The notes beneath the pieces are model-generated. The model made no database searches, was not told the DNA's origin, and was given only the letters and a program-made list of their open reading frames with translations. This document shows, one piece after another, positions 29,527-39,404 of a stretch of 64,000 nucleotides of DNA. The stretch's first letter is position 1; each line of letters opens with the position of its first letter. Source of the stretch: Acidilobaceae archaeon. Lineage in GTDB: Archaea > Thermoproteota > Thermoprotei_A > Sulfolobales > Acidilobaceae. Where the stretch lies: positions 128,001 to 192,000 of the forward strand of contig JAWAWX010000001.1 of the NCBI GenBank assembly GCA_038897215.1, in the 5' to 3' direction. A program made the translations under genes and the position numbers.

Positions 29527-30738
29527 GTGGTGAGCGCCAGTAGGTGGAAGCATCTGGTGGCAGGCTTCGCTGTCACTCTATGCCTTGGAGTAGTCTACGC
29601 TTACAGCGTTCTAAGAGTCCACCTAGAGGAGTTCTTCTCCGAGACAGCTGAGAGAGAGCTCTCGGCTCTAGAGCTGCAGGCTGGCTACACGGTCTTCCTA
29701 GCAGTCTACTCTCTCTCAGTGATGGCCGGGGGGCGGGCGAGCGAGGCTCTTGGAGCTAAGAAGACTCTGCTCGCTGGAGGCTCTCTACTACTCCTAGCGT
29801 GGACTCTCAGCTCTCTAGCAGAAACCCCTCTGGAGTTCGCTGCTCCCTACGGGGTCCTCGGAGGCCTGGGTAGCGGGCTCGCCTTCAGCGTAGTCGTCTC
29901 AGCCGCGGTCAAGTGGTTCCCCGAGAAGAGCGGCTTCGCCTCAGGTCTCGCTATATCGGGCTTCGGCCTCTCCCCCCTCATCTCAGGCCCCCTCATAGAC
30001 CTCCTAGTCGAGAACCTTGGCCTCGCCTGGGCTCTGAGAGCTCTAGGCCTGGCGGTCTTCGCTGTGATAGCTTCAGCCAGCGTTGTGATAGACTTCCCCC
30101 CAGTCGCGGAGAAGCCTACCGCGGGAGGCTCTCCAGCGACAGCCAGAGACCTGGCCTCTCTATGGCTACTCTTCTGCTTGGGGACAGCTGTGGGGCTCTC
30201 GACAGTGGGCGTCTCCAAATCAGCCGGGCTCGAGGTAGCTGAGAGAGCGGGGCTGAGCCTCGAGGAGGCCTCGAGAGCTCTGACAGTAGCGGTCTCAGTC
30301 TTCAGCGTCTTCAACGCCGCGGGCAGGCCTCTCTTCGGGCTCCTCGTAGACAAGCTCGGGGTATCGAGAGCAGCAGTGATAGCCTACTCTCTAGCGGGAG
30401 CCGCTCTAGTAGCATTCTATCTCGGCAGTTCTTCTCTCGTAGTGTACGCTGTAGCGTACTCCGCTCTATGGGCTACTCTGGGTGGGTGGTTAGCCATATC
30501 CTCGGGGGCCACTAGAGCGGTCTTCGGGGTCGAGAGCTACCACAGAGTGTACGGCTACGTGTTCACAGCATACGGGGCAGGCGCGTTGCTAGGAAACCTG
30601 CTCCTAAACGGGGCTAGAGACGCTCTAGGAGACTACGCTACAGCCGGCTTGCTCCTCACACCACTACTAGCCGTGGGCGCAGTGGTCGCTCTCCTAACCC
30701 CTCCTCGCGAGGCGGCGAGAGGCTCTAGCAGAGTCTAG
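29527..30738 (+). CDS. MFS transporter, oxalate:formate antiporter (OFA)-like
   Basis: LCLGVVYAYSV, KWFPEKSGFASG, FNAAGRPLFG and YGYVFTAYG; 12 TM. Confidence 0.85.
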   Translation: MVSASRWKHLVAGFAVTLCLGVVYAYSVLRVHLEEFFSETAERELSALELQAGYTVFLAVYSLSVMAGGRASEALGAKKTLLAGGSLLLLAWTLSSLAETPLEFAAPYGVLGGLGSGLAFSVVVSAAVKWFPEKSGFASGLAISGFGLSPLISGPLIDLLVENLGLAWALRALGLAVFAVIASASVVIDFPPVAEKPTAGGSPATARDLASLWLLFCLGTAVGLSTVGVSKSAGLEVAERAGLSLEEASRALTVAVSVFSVFNAAGRPLFGLLVDKLGVSRAAVIAYSLAGAALVAFYLGSSSLVVYAVAYSALWATLGGWLAISSGATRAVFGVESYHRVYGYVFTAYGAGALLGNLLLNGARDALGDYATAGLLLTPLLAVGAVVALLTPPREAARGSSRV

Positions 30739-31278
30739 CACGTCCTCGACCAGATTCCCTCCGGCTAGGTCGGTCGCTGCTATCAGAGGCCCCAGGCTCC
30801 TCACTCTGAGCAACCACACGGTCTCAGCAGGCCCCAGGTCCGCCCAGTAGGACCCCAGGACCTCCTCTACAGCGAGAGCTCCCAGCGCTCCGCAGCCCCC
30901 GGGGTACACTGCGTAGACTGCTCCCAGCTCTCTCAGAGCCTCCGAGACTCTCCTGCTAACTCCCCCCTTCCCTATGACCAGCTTGGCTCCCGTCGTCTCC
31001 ACGAACTCCGGTATGAGGTTCTCGAATCTAGCGCTCGTAGTCGGCCCGAGAGAGAGGCACGCTAGCGAGCCCCCTCTCTCTACGACCACGGGCCCAGCGT
31101 GCATGACAGCTAGCCCTCGAGCATCCACGGGTAGAGGCTTCTTCTCCAAGACTAGCCTCTCGTGAGCCTTATCTCTAGCAGTCAACACCAGCCCCGTTAC
31201 GTAGAAGACGTCTCCGGCTCTAAGCCCCCTCAGTGAGCTCGAGTCGAGGGGGCTCGACAAGACTCTCCTAGACTCCAC
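30694..31278 (-). CDS. Fe-S hydro-lyase (fumarase/tartrate dehydratase) beta subunit
   Basis: TARDKAH, HAGP, GPTTSAR and IGKGG. Confidence 0.9.
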   Translation of the reverse strand: MESRRVLSSPLDSSSLRGLRAGDVFYVTGLVLTARDKAHERLVLEKKPLPVDARGLAVMHAGPVVVERGGSLACLSLGPTTSARFENLIPEFVETTGAKLVIGKGGVSRRVSEALRELGAVYAVYPGGCGALGALAVEEVLGSYWADLGPAETVWLLRVRSLGPLIAATDLAGGNLVEDVLDSARASRRLARRG

Positions 31279-32167
31279 CGTAGACGTAGGGGACCACCTC
31301 TACCTCCAGGTTCTCGCTCACTCTGGCTCTAGACCTGCGGAGAGCCCAGCAGGAAAAGCTCACAGCGACAGCTAGAGCCGAGGGGTGAGCAGAGCTCGCT
31401 ACAACGTGAGCGTCTAGGACGGTCACAGCGCCCCCGAGGCTCTGAGGCCCCAGGCCTAGAGCGTTCCCGGTCTCCACCACGGCCTCCTCTAGAGCGGCGA
31501 GGTCTCTCCTCTCGCTCCTAGAGCCGAGCGGTCTGAGGAGAGCCAGCTTGGAGTTGAGAGCAGCAGACTCTATGGTTGAAGCTAGCCCCACGCCTACCAC
31601 GAGCGGGGGGCAGGCTCTAGAGGCTCTCTCTACTATAGCCTCTGCCACGAGTTCAGCTACATCCTCGAGTGAGCTAGAAGGGTCTAGGACTGTAGCTAGA
31701 GAGGCTCTAGAAGCCCCTCCTCCGGCTAGGTACAGCGCTAGATCTGCTCCGCTATAGCCCTCGATTATGTCGACTACGTGGACCAGGGGGAAGCCCGAGG
31801 CTCTCGAGGGCTTGAGGGGAGCCCACGTAACCGGGTCTCTCGAGTTGAGCCTCAGGTAGCCTTCCTCCACTGCTCTAGCCACTGCTCTCTCGACTGCTCT
31901 CAAGAGGGCTCTCTTGTGGGGGAACCTCTCTCCTAGCCATAGGAAGAACTCGGGGACCCCCGTGTCCTGGCAGAGGGGGAGTCTTCTCGAGCGCGCTACC
32001 TCCACGTTGTCCAGGTACGCTCTGTAAACCACTCTAGCGACTTCCCGCTCCTCTAGCGCAGCAGCTCTCCTGATGGCTTCCTCAACGTCTCCAGGTAGCT
32101 TCACAGCAGTCTCCGCGACTAGCTCGAATAGAGCTCTCTCCAGGTCTCTAAACCCGCTCTCCGCCAT
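31268..32167 (-). CDS. Fe-S hydro-lyase (fumarase/tartrate dehydratase) alpha subunit
   Basis: PLCQDTG, ACPP, GLGPQSLGG and SCWALRR (three Fe-S Cys). Confidence 0.9.
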   Translation of the reverse strand: MAESGFRDLERALFELVAETAVKLPGDVEEAIRRAAALEEREVARVVYRAYLDNVEVARSRRLPLCQDTGVPEFFLWLGERFPHKRALLRAVERAVARAVEEGYLRLNSRDPVTWAPLKPSRASGFPLVHVVDIIEGYSGADLALYLAGGGASRASLATVLDPSSSLEDVAELVAEAIVERASRACPPLVVGVGLASTIESAALNSKLALLRPLGSRSERRDLAALEEAVVETGNALGLGPQSLGGAVTVLDAHVVASSAHPSALAVAVSFSCWALRRSRARVSENLEVEVVPYVYGGV

Positions 32168-33479
32168 GCCCTACCGCCAGCCCCCTCGAGGAGAGAGCGG
32201 CCGCGACTCTCCTGGGTCTCTCCACCAGCTCTCTTATCTCGCGCTCTAGCTCAGAGCGCGATAGCCTTCTTCTAGCAACCCCCTCCTCCAGCGCTCTCAC
32301 AGCGACAGCCAGAGCCTCTCTCACGTAGGCCTCGCTCTCGAGCATAGAGGGGACTATCCTATTCTCCGAGAGCCCTGTCTCCTCAGTGTAGGCTGCTAGA
32401 GCCTCAGCCGCGGCTATCACCATAGAGTCCGTTATCCTCGTGGCTCTCGCTGAAAGAGCTCCCCGGAAGACAGCGGGGAACCCGAGGCTGTTGTTGATCT
32501 GGTTCGGTAAATCGCTCCTACCCGTGGCTACTACTCTAGCCCCGGCTTCTCTAGCCTCCCAAGGCCATATCTCGGGAGTGGGGTTTGCTAGAGCGAAGAC
32601 TATGGCGTTGTCCGCCATCAGTCTAACCCACTCTTTCTTGACGACCCCGGGTCCCGGTCTCGAAGCCGCTATCAGGACGTCCGCTCCCCCGAACGCGTCC
32701 TCCAGCCTCTCCTCCACCGGGTCCGTCTCAAGAGCCACTCTGTACTTCCAGGGGTTGCTTCGAGCCATCTCAGCCGCGTCCTCCCTGCTCGGTCTCAGTA
32801 CTCCTCTCGAGTCGATGACCACGATCCTCTTGGGGCTGGCTCCGAGAGCCTTGAGGTACCTGTAGGTCCCGATGTTCGACGCCCCGGCTCCAAACAACAC
32901 TATCTTAGATGAGGAGAGCTTCTTGCCGACCAGCTTTAGAGCGTTGAGTAGCCCCGCTATGACGACTAGAGCCGTCCCCTGCTGGTCGTCGTGCCATACC
33001 GGTATCCTGAGAGTCTTCTCGAGCTCCTCGAGGAGCCAGAAGCACTTCGGGGACTCTACGTCCTCTAGGTTGACACCCCCGAAGCTCGGCTCTAAGCTCT
33101 TGACTATGTAGGCTAGCCTGCCAGCGTCTCTCTCCCTCACCACGATGGGGATAGCATCCACTCCCCCTAGGAGCTTGAAGAGGAGAGCCTTACCCTCCAT
33201 AACCGGGAGAGCCGCCTCAGCCCCCACGTCGCCCAAGCCTAGTACGCGAGAGCCGTCGCTGACCACTGCTACAGTGTTCCATCTCCAAGTGAGCTCAAAG
33301 CTCTCATCGGGGTTCTCGAGGATCCTCCGAGCAGGCCCAGCCACCCCCGGGGTATACCAGAGAGAGAGGTCTCTGGGGGACTCCACGGGGACTCTGACTA
33401 GAACCTCTATCTTGCCAGCATAGGCTCTATGCGCTTCCACAGAGAGACTCTCCCAGTCAGCAACCCCGCCCAACAGCAC
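32148..33479 (-). CDS. NAD(P)-dependent malic enzyme
   Basis: YTPGVA, DGSRVLGLG, PVMEGKALLFK, WHDDQQGT and NQINNSLGFP. Confidence 0.93.
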   Translation of the reverse strand: MLLGGVADWESLSVEAHRAYAGKIEVLVRVPVESPRDLSLWYTPGVAGPARRILENPDESFELTWRWNTVAVVSDGSRVLGLGDVGAEAALPVMEGKALLFKLLGGVDAIPIVVRERDAGRLAYIVKSLEPSFGGVNLEDVESPKCFWLLEELEKTLRIPVWHDDQQGTALVVIAGLLNALKLVGKKLSSSKIVLFGAGASNIGTYRYLKALGASPKRIVVIDSRGVLRPSREDAAEMARSNPWKYRVALETDPVEERLEDAFGGADVLIAASRPGPGVVKKEWVRLMADNAIVFALANPTPEIWPWEAREAGARVVATGRSDLPNQINNSLGFPAVFRGALSARATRITDSMVIAAAEALAAYTEETGLSENRIVPSMLESEAYVREALAVAVRALEEGVARRRLSRSELEREIRELVERPRRVAAALSSRGLAVGHGGERV

Positions 33480-33628
33480 TCCAGCCTCCTCGAGATCGCC
33501 AAGGCGCTTGAGTGAAAGCTATAAGCGCGCTCCCCAACCCCCCAGCTTTCGAGATTGGTTAGACGGGGGTCTCACTCGGGCTCGCTGAGGTTAAGCTCTG
33601 GGAGAGCCTTGAAGACGAGGGGTCGAGC

Positions 33629-33871
33629 TTGGGGGAGAGGCTTGCTAGAAGCTTGAGCGTAGTCGTTGACGACCAGGTTAAGAGGATACTCTCGGATATA
33701 AGCTGGATAGAGTACAGGCTCTCAGTGCTCGGAGACAGCGAGGAGGACCAGATAGAGAGAAGGCTCTTGAGCATACTCAAGAACAGCCTGGTCAAAGACC
33801 TCGAGTCTCTCCTAGCGTTTAGAAACAACGGCTACAAGCTGTCTAGAGCAGAGGAGAGCATAGCTAGCTGA
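33629..33871 (+). CDS. Hypothetical protein
   Basis: 80-aa helical ORF with host-like codon usage filling an intergenic gap. Confidence 0.55.
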   Translation: MGERLARSLSVVVDDQVKRILSDISWIEYRLSVLGDSEEDQIERRLLSILKNSLVKDLESLLAFRNNGYKLSRAEESIAS

Positions 33872-34075
33872 GCACGGCTCCTAGGCCGGAGCCAGTCTTC
33901 CAGCGGGCTTCTCTGAGCACTCAGGCTGTCCCGATAACCCGGGATAGCTCTCGAGACGGAGTGAGTAGAGAGTAATAGCGTAGACTTGAAAAAGCTACTA
34001 GCTGAGTAGATAGAACGCTCTTGTGTAAACGCTTATATATGTGTCGCTCCTAATACATCCTCGGGTGAGTTTCCC

Positions 34076-34468
34076 GTGCAGAGGCATAGAGAGGAAGATG
34101 TTGAGCTAGTGAGGAAGCTTAGAGAATCCATTATGAGCGAGTACGGCGGGCTCAAGAACGAGGTCGACATGGGAGACATATCGATAGTCACAGCTCTAGT
34201 AGACGAGGACATAGAGAAGCTAGTCCTCCTAGCTCTCAAGAAGGCGGAGAGGCCTCTGTCTTGGAGAGAGCTCAAGGCCGTCTTCGCCGGGATAGTTGGA
34301 GAAGACAGGCTGAGGAGGATCCTCGGGAGTCTCAAAGCTAGAAACATGGTTGCCGAACTCACTCACACAAGGTACTCTCTCCCAGAGTACGTGCCTTTAA
34401 GCGAGATAGGCAGGATAAAGAACCCCGGCATAATAAACAAAGTTCTCCAACTATCGAGAAGGAGATAG
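34076..34468 (+). CDS. Hypothetical winged-helix-like protein
   Basis: PLSWRELK...GEDRLRRILGSL...YSL; strong BRE/TATA (AAACGCTTATATA) at about 34027-34039. Confidence 0.75.
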   Translation: MQRHREEDVELVRKLRESIMSEYGGLKNEVDMGDISIVTALVDEDIEKLVLLALKKAERPLSWRELKAVFAGIVGEDRLRRILGSLKARNMVAELTHTRYSLPEYVPLSEIGRIKNPGIINKVLQLSRRR

Positions 34469-34475
34469 CTGAGCC

Positions 34476-34631
34476 ATGGCTAGAGTCGTGGCTAGACGTG
34501 TAGGCAAGGATATAGTAGAGCTGAGAGGAGAAGGAGGGCTCGAGGCTGTAGTCGCTCTAGAGAACCTCTGTAGTACCGCTAAGAAGCTGAAGCTAGAGGT
34601 GGTCGACGAGAGCGGGAGAGCTCTCTGCTAG
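34476..34631 (+). CDS. Small hypothetical protein (51 aa, below ORF-track cutoff)
   Basis: MARVVARRVGKDIVELRGEGGLEAVVALENLCSTAKKLKLEVVDESGRALC*; starts 7 nt after the previous gene and fills the gap to thiL. Confidence 0.55.
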   Translation: MARVVARRVGKDIVELRGEGGLEAVVALENLCSTAKKLKLEVVDESGRALC

Positions 34632-35557
34632 AACCACGCCCAGCCCTCTCGGGGAAGTAGCCTGCTCTCTAGGTAGACTCCTCTCCCCTCCTCTACTCTG
34701 CCCACGACTCCGCAGTACTCTACCCCCTCTCTCACGCAGGCTTCTAGGAGGCACTCGGCTGCTCTCGGGGAGGCTACTACGGCCATGTTGTAGTCTTCAG
34801 CGCTGTAGAGAAGCTCTTCTAGAGAGAGCCCCAGCTTCTCGGCTTCCACTGCCACCCTCTCGTCTACTAGAGCTCTCTCCAGCACTATCTTGACTCTACT
34901 AGCGTCTGATATAGAGTAGAGCGATGCAACCCACCCATCGCTGTTATCTGTGGACGCGCTCGCTCCACACTCTCCTATACTAGAGCCTAGAGCTATTGGG
35001 GGCCTAGGCCTCCTAGAGTACTCCACAGCTGCGGAGACCTCGCTCACGCTCACGCGACCGGATAGAGCTAGAGAGGCTAGGAGACCGTAGCCCAGAGCCC
35101 CCACTTGGACTAGGAGGTCTCCCGGTCTAGCTCCACTCCTGGAGACTGGTCTCTGAGCGCGGCCTACTACAGCTACGTCTATCCACCTGTCTCCCCTAGA
35201 GAGATTCGTGTCCGACTTGGCAACACGGACTCCAGCCCATCTCGCGGCATCCCCCACGCCCTCGGCTATCTCTCGAGCTTCGTCGGGCGACGCGACCCCG
35301 ATGCTGTAAGCTATAGCTAGAGGCTTGCCCCCAGCCGCGGCTACGTCGGCTATAGCGGCTACAGCGGCTTTCCAGCCCCAGTCGCTCCAGCTCATCCACG
35401 GTAGCTTGGAGGCTGAGGAAGCGTAGCCGTCTATGGTTATCAGGAGTCCGTCGAGCGGGGTCGCGTCCCACTCTAGGCTATCCTCGGAGCCGGATGCTCT
35501 AGCGAGCTCTCTCAGAAGCTCTAGCCAGCGCTCGTAGCTCAAGAGCTCAGAGCGCAC
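34628..35557 (-). CDS. thiL: Thiamine-monophosphate kinase
   Basis: GWKAAVAAIADVAAAGG, RSGARPGD and STDNSDG. Confidence 0.82.
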   Translation of the reverse strand: MRSELLSYERWLELLRELARASGSEDSLEWDATPLDGLLITIDGYASSASKLPWMSWSDWGWKAAVAAIADVAAAGGKPLAIAYSIGVASPDEAREIAEGVGDAARWAGVRVAKSDTNLSRGDRWIDVAVVGRAQRPVSRSGARPGDLLVQVGALGYGLLASLALSGRVSVSEVSAAVEYSRRPRPPIALGSSIGECGASASTDNSDGWVASLYSISDASRVKIVLERALVDERVAVEAEKLGLSLEELLYSAEDYNMAVVASPRAAECLLEACVREGVEYCGVVGRVEEGRGVYLESRLLPREGWAWF

Positions 35558-36761
35558 CCCCTGAGGCTATGAGCGCTGTCAGCCTCTCTATTTCCTTCTT
35601 CACGCTCAGCGGCAGGCCTGGAGCGTCTACGCTCATGAATCCTCTTATTATGATCGCTCTCGCCTCATCCTCCGAGAAGCCCTTGCTCATCAGATACTCT
35701 ATCTCCTCCTGGGCTATGACCCCTATGGCTGCCTCGTGGCTGAGCTTGCTCGTAGGGTCTCTCGACGTCACCACTGGTATCGATGATATCGTCCCCTTGG
35801 GGGAAGCCATGAGACCGAGGCACTCTATGTGCCCTGCTGTCTCAGGAGCGTTTCCGTGTATGTCTCCTCTAGCGTATATCGTGGACTCATCGAAAGCCAC
35901 TACTCTCGACACTAGCTCCGCTCTACTCTGCCTCCCGTTAAGCAACGCTACAGTACCCACGTCTAGGTGGGCTGTAGACCTGCCCGCTACGACCGAGACA
36001 GAGTATAGCTTAGCCCCCTCCCCTAGCTCTACTACTGGATTCGTCTGGATGGATGCTACGGGAGAGTAGATCATGTAGTAGCTCACGTACTCCCCGCCCT
36101 CCTCAACTCTCACTGCAGTCCTAGGCCTGACGTGGAGTCCTTCAGCCCATGAGTGTATCATGGAGAATGTCAGCCTAGCTCCTCTGCCCACGTAGTACTC
36201 GGATATGCCCACGTGGAGCCCTCCCTTGAGCCCGTGTGGTACAGCGCAACCGCTGACTACGTGAGCCTCGGCTCCATCGTCTACGTATATCACGTTGTGG
36301 ACTAGCTGAGCTCTCCTCTCAGTCTTTAGGACCAGGCAGGTGTAGAGAGGAGTGGGGACTCTGACCCCTTTCGGCACGTATATGAAGTAGCCGAGCTCTC
36401 CTCCCTGAAGGTAGGCTAGCGCTGTGTACTTGTCTGCATCGGGCTTCACGAGTCTCCACGCTAGCTCCCTAGCTAGGTCCGTCTTCTCTAGAGCTACTCT
36501 TAGAGGCATCACCTTGACTCCGTAGCGCTCTACAGCGGCTCTCATGAAGCCGTAGAGAGCTACCTGGTCTAGCTGCACGTAGTGAGACTTAGATGGTCTG
36601 ACTCCGACTCTGGACTCTATAGATGCGTCTATCCCTCTCGGTAGAGCCTCTGGAGAGCTCTCTACTCTAGGCTGGTCCACTATGTACTCCGACACGTCTA
36701 CATCGAGACCGTACGCGGCGGGCTTCTTGAGAGCAGCTAGAGCGCGCTCCCTCAAGCTCAT
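35547..36761 (-). CDS. sufB: SufB/SufD-family Fe-S scaffold (SmsB type)
   Basis: QLVHN, SGC, HVGISEYY, MIHSW, GHIECLGL and LSHEAAIG. Confidence 0.9.
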   Translation of the reverse strand: MSLRERALAALKKPAAYGLDVDVSEYIVDQPRVESSPEALPRGIDASIESRVGVRPSKSHYVQLDQVALYGFMRAAVERYGVKVMPLRVALEKTDLARELAWRLVKPDADKYTALAYLQGGELGYFIYVPKGVRVPTPLYTCLVLKTERRAQLVHNVIYVDDGAEAHVVSGCAVPHGLKGGLHVGISEYYVGRGARLTFSMIHSWAEGLHVRPRTAVRVEEGGEYVSYYMIYSPVASIQTNPVVELGEGAKLYSVSVVAGRSTAHLDVGTVALLNGRQSRAELVSRVVAFDESTIYARGDIHGNAPETAGHIECLGLMASPKGTISSIPVVTSRDPTSKLSHEAAIGVIAQEEIEYLMSKGFSEDEARAIIIRGFMSVDAPGLPLSVKKEIERLTALIASGGAL

Positions 36762-37480
36762 AGCGCTACACCCAGCTTCCTGAGCCCCTCAGTGTAGCCC
36801 TCGGAGAGTATCAGGCTAGCTACATCCCTCCCGCCCGAGTAGACGATCCTCCCGCTCATCATCACGTGGACTTGAGAGACTTTAGACAGCCTCTCTATGA
36901 TCGCTCCTGAGTGCGTGACTAGGAGGACGCTTGTCTCCTTGCGGTCAACCATGTAGTTGAGAGCTTCAGCTATCAGCTTCAAGCTGTCAACATCTATCCC
37001 GCTATCGGGCTCGTCGAGGAGAGCCACCTTAGGCTTCTGGAGCATCGTGAGGTATAGCTCTAAGCGCTTCCGCTCACCCCCACTCAGCCCGTGGAAGAGG
37101 TACCTCTCCAGAAGCTCGTCTACTCTGAGCATCTTAGAGAGGAGAGTATAGTCGCTACAACCATACCTCTCTATGAGAGCCTTGGCTACATCGGAGGCTC
37201 TGACACCCTTTATCACCGGAGTGAACTGGTGAGCTAGAGCTATGCCTCTAGAAGCTCTCTCGCTTGGAGGAAGGCTCGAGACGTCCTCTCCCTCTAGCAC
37301 TATGCTACCTCCGCACAAGCTAACTCTGGGTAGCCCCATGATGGCAGCTAGCAGAGTCGACTTCCCCGCACCGTTAGGTCCGAGCACCACGTGGACCTCT
37401 CCTCTTCCGACTCTCAAATCGACCCCCTTCACTATCTCAGACCCCCCCACGCATACTCGCACACTCCTCAGCTCGAGCAA
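36758..37480 (-). CDS. sufC: SufC-like ABC ATPase (SmsC type)
   Basis: GPNGAGKST, LSGGERKRLE and LDEPDSGID; coupled to sufB. Confidence 0.9.
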   Translation of the reverse strand: MLELRSVRVCVGGSEIVKGVDLRVGRGEVHVVLGPNGAGKSTLLAAIMGLPRVSLCGGSIVLEGEDVSSLPPSERASRGIALAHQFTPVIKGVRASDVAKALIERYGCSDYTLLSKMLRVDELLERYLFHGLSGGERKRLELYLTMLQKPKVALLDEPDSGIDVDSLKLIAEALNYMVDRKETSVLLVTHSGAIIERLSKVSQVHVMMSGRIVYSGGRDVASLILSEGYTEGLRKLGVAL

Positions 37481-37693
37481 AGCTCTCTCGAGCCCCTCTC
37501 CTCTACTGAGAAACTGGAGCTATTTTTGAGCGAGTTAGGTAAACCGAGCTTTAGCCACAGCCTCCTCCACGCGCTCTCAGGGACTCCTATGGAGAGTAGT
37601 GTAGCCGGAGCTTTCTCCCTACGGCTTCCCTAGCCTTCCCTAAGCGCCCCTAATTAGAGGCCCTCCAGTCTAGTAGGAGAACGGTGCTGTGAG

Positions 37694-39211
37694 GTGCTCG
37701 GCGTGACCGGCTACTTGAGGAGTCTAGTGGTCTTCGCTCTAGTCTCGCTGATAGCTGCTTCTCTAGTGTTACCGCTAGCGAGCATTGCTAGAGCGGAGGC
37801 TCCAGAGGAGGGCTTCGAGGCTCTCGAGAGAGCTCTGAGAAGCCTTCAGGCTGCTCTAGAGAAGTCGCCTTCTCCCGAGGCTCAGAGAATCCGCGAGGCT
37901 CTCGAGAGAGCTCTGAGAGAGATAGAGGAGATCAAGGCGAGAGGAGGGAGTTTCGAAGAGGCTGTTAGAGCGGTAGCTAGAGAAATGGCTAGAGTCAGGA
38001 GCGAGCTGAGAGCAGTAGAGCTCGAGGAGGCTGCGAGAGTCCCGCCAGGACTCCTAGTGGCTATCGATGTGAGGCTGAGGATGGTAGAGGAGCTCAGAGG
38101 AGTAGTAGCCTACCTGGAGGAGCGCGGAGTAGAGGTAGACCCGAGAGTCCCGCAGCTCCTAGACGAGGCTGAGAGTAGAGCGCTAGACCTCAAGAGGAGG
38201 CTGGAGGCCGGGGAGGTCGCTGTCAGAGATGCTGCAAGAGAGCTGGGCGAGATATCTAGGCTGATAGCAGAGGCGAGAGTCCTCCTGGCTAAGAGCTCTA
38301 GAGAGTGGGCTAGGCTACAGCTAGAGAACGCTGCGGCTAGAGTAACAGCTAGAGTAGCGACTCAGCTGGGAGCAGGTCTGCTGAGGCTGGAAGAGCTCCC
38401 CGAAGACGAGATAAGGAGAGCTGCGGAGAGCATCGAGGAGGCAGTGACCTACAGGTGGATGATAGAGACTAGGCTTAGAGAGAGAGTCATGTACTGCGAT
38501 ATAGAGGCTCTACTGAAAGAGCTCGGGATAGACAAGCCGGAGCCCGGCTTCTTCGGCAGAGCTGTAGCCAAGCTAGCGCGCGAAGACCCCCAGAAGCTGA
38601 GAGAAGCTCTAGCTAAGCTCAAAGTCTGCCTCATAGGAACCATGGCTTCAACTGAGATAGAGAAAGTGCCCGGAGTAGGCCAGGAAGAGGCTAGAGCAGC
38701 CTTAGCTGTCGTAGCTCAGGTAGCCGAGATAGCTAAAGGCATCAGGGTAGAGCCACCGGCTCCGGTCACGCTCCCTATCCCCACAGCTAGAGGCACTGCT
38801 AGGCTAGAGCTCAGCGTAGCCCCCTACAAAACGTGGGTCAGACTAGAGCCCGCTAGGCCAGTAGCGGAGATCGAGCTTAGAGGGCAGACGGGGAGCGTCA
38901 CGCTCAACCTAGCTAAGCTAGTCGTCGAGAGGCAGACCACGATACAGGTAATCGTGGACACCTCGACTGTAGCAAGAGGGTCGGCAACGATCTCTCTCAA
39001 AATAACCCTAGAGGGTAGAGGCGGAGAGAAGATAGAGATACCAGTGCCGTGCGCGGCCTCCTCAGAGGCATGCTATAGAGTCCTCGTAATCATACCAGGG
39101 CACGATGTGCCCACGCTGATACAGAGAGGAGAGTACACAGTCACTGTCACCATCTACTGGAGCATAGCCTCGGGAGAGCCAGCTACTAGCATCAGCCTCC
39201 AGATAAGATAG
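37694..39211 (+). CDS. Hypothetical secreted protein: helical bundle region plus C-terminal beta domain
   Basis: Signal peptide (ARA-E); about 320 aa Glu/Ala/Arg/Leu helices; Pro linker; beta-rich domain with a Cys pair. Confidence 0.75.
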   Translation: MLGVTGYLRSLVVFALVSLIAASLVLPLASIARAEAPEEGFEALERALRSLQAALEKSPSPEAQRIREALERALREIEEIKARGGSFEEAVRAVAREMARVRSELRAVELEEAARVPPGLLVAIDVRLRMVEELRGVVAYLEERGVEVDPRVPQLLDEAESRALDLKRRLEAGEVAVRDAARELGEISRLIAEARVLLAKSSREWARLQLENAAARVTARVATQLGAGLLRLEELPEDEIRRAAESIEEAVTYRWMIETRLRERVMYCDIEALLKELGIDKPEPGFFGRAVAKLAREDPQKLREALAKLKVCLIGTMASTEIEKVPGVGQEEARAALAVVAQVAEIAKGIRVEPPAPVTLPIPTARGTARLELSVAPYKTWVRLEPARPVAEIELRGQTGSVTLNLAKLVVERQTTIQVIVDTSTVARGSATISLKITLEGRGGEKIEIPVPCAASSEACYRVLVIIPGHDVPTLIQRGEYTVTVTIYWSIASGEPATSISLQIR

Positions 39212-39227
39212 ACGCCGTTAGCGAGCC

Positions 39228-39285
39228 CCACTCTCTCCCCTTCCTCTCTCATCCTCTCTCTATCTCCACTCTCGAAGCTCTCTCC
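39228..39285 (+). terminator. Possible pyrimidine-rich terminator tract
   Basis: Long C/T run immediately after the 37694-39211 stop. Confidence 0.3.
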
Positions 39286-39404
39286 TGGGCTCTTGCGTAG
39301 TTGTGCTTACTCGGCTTGCTCGACTAGTGGCTCACTTATTAGGCTGAAGTCGTGGAGTAGGGGGTAGGGTTTAGCTCGCTCAGTCTTGAAGGGGGTCGCG
39401 GGGC

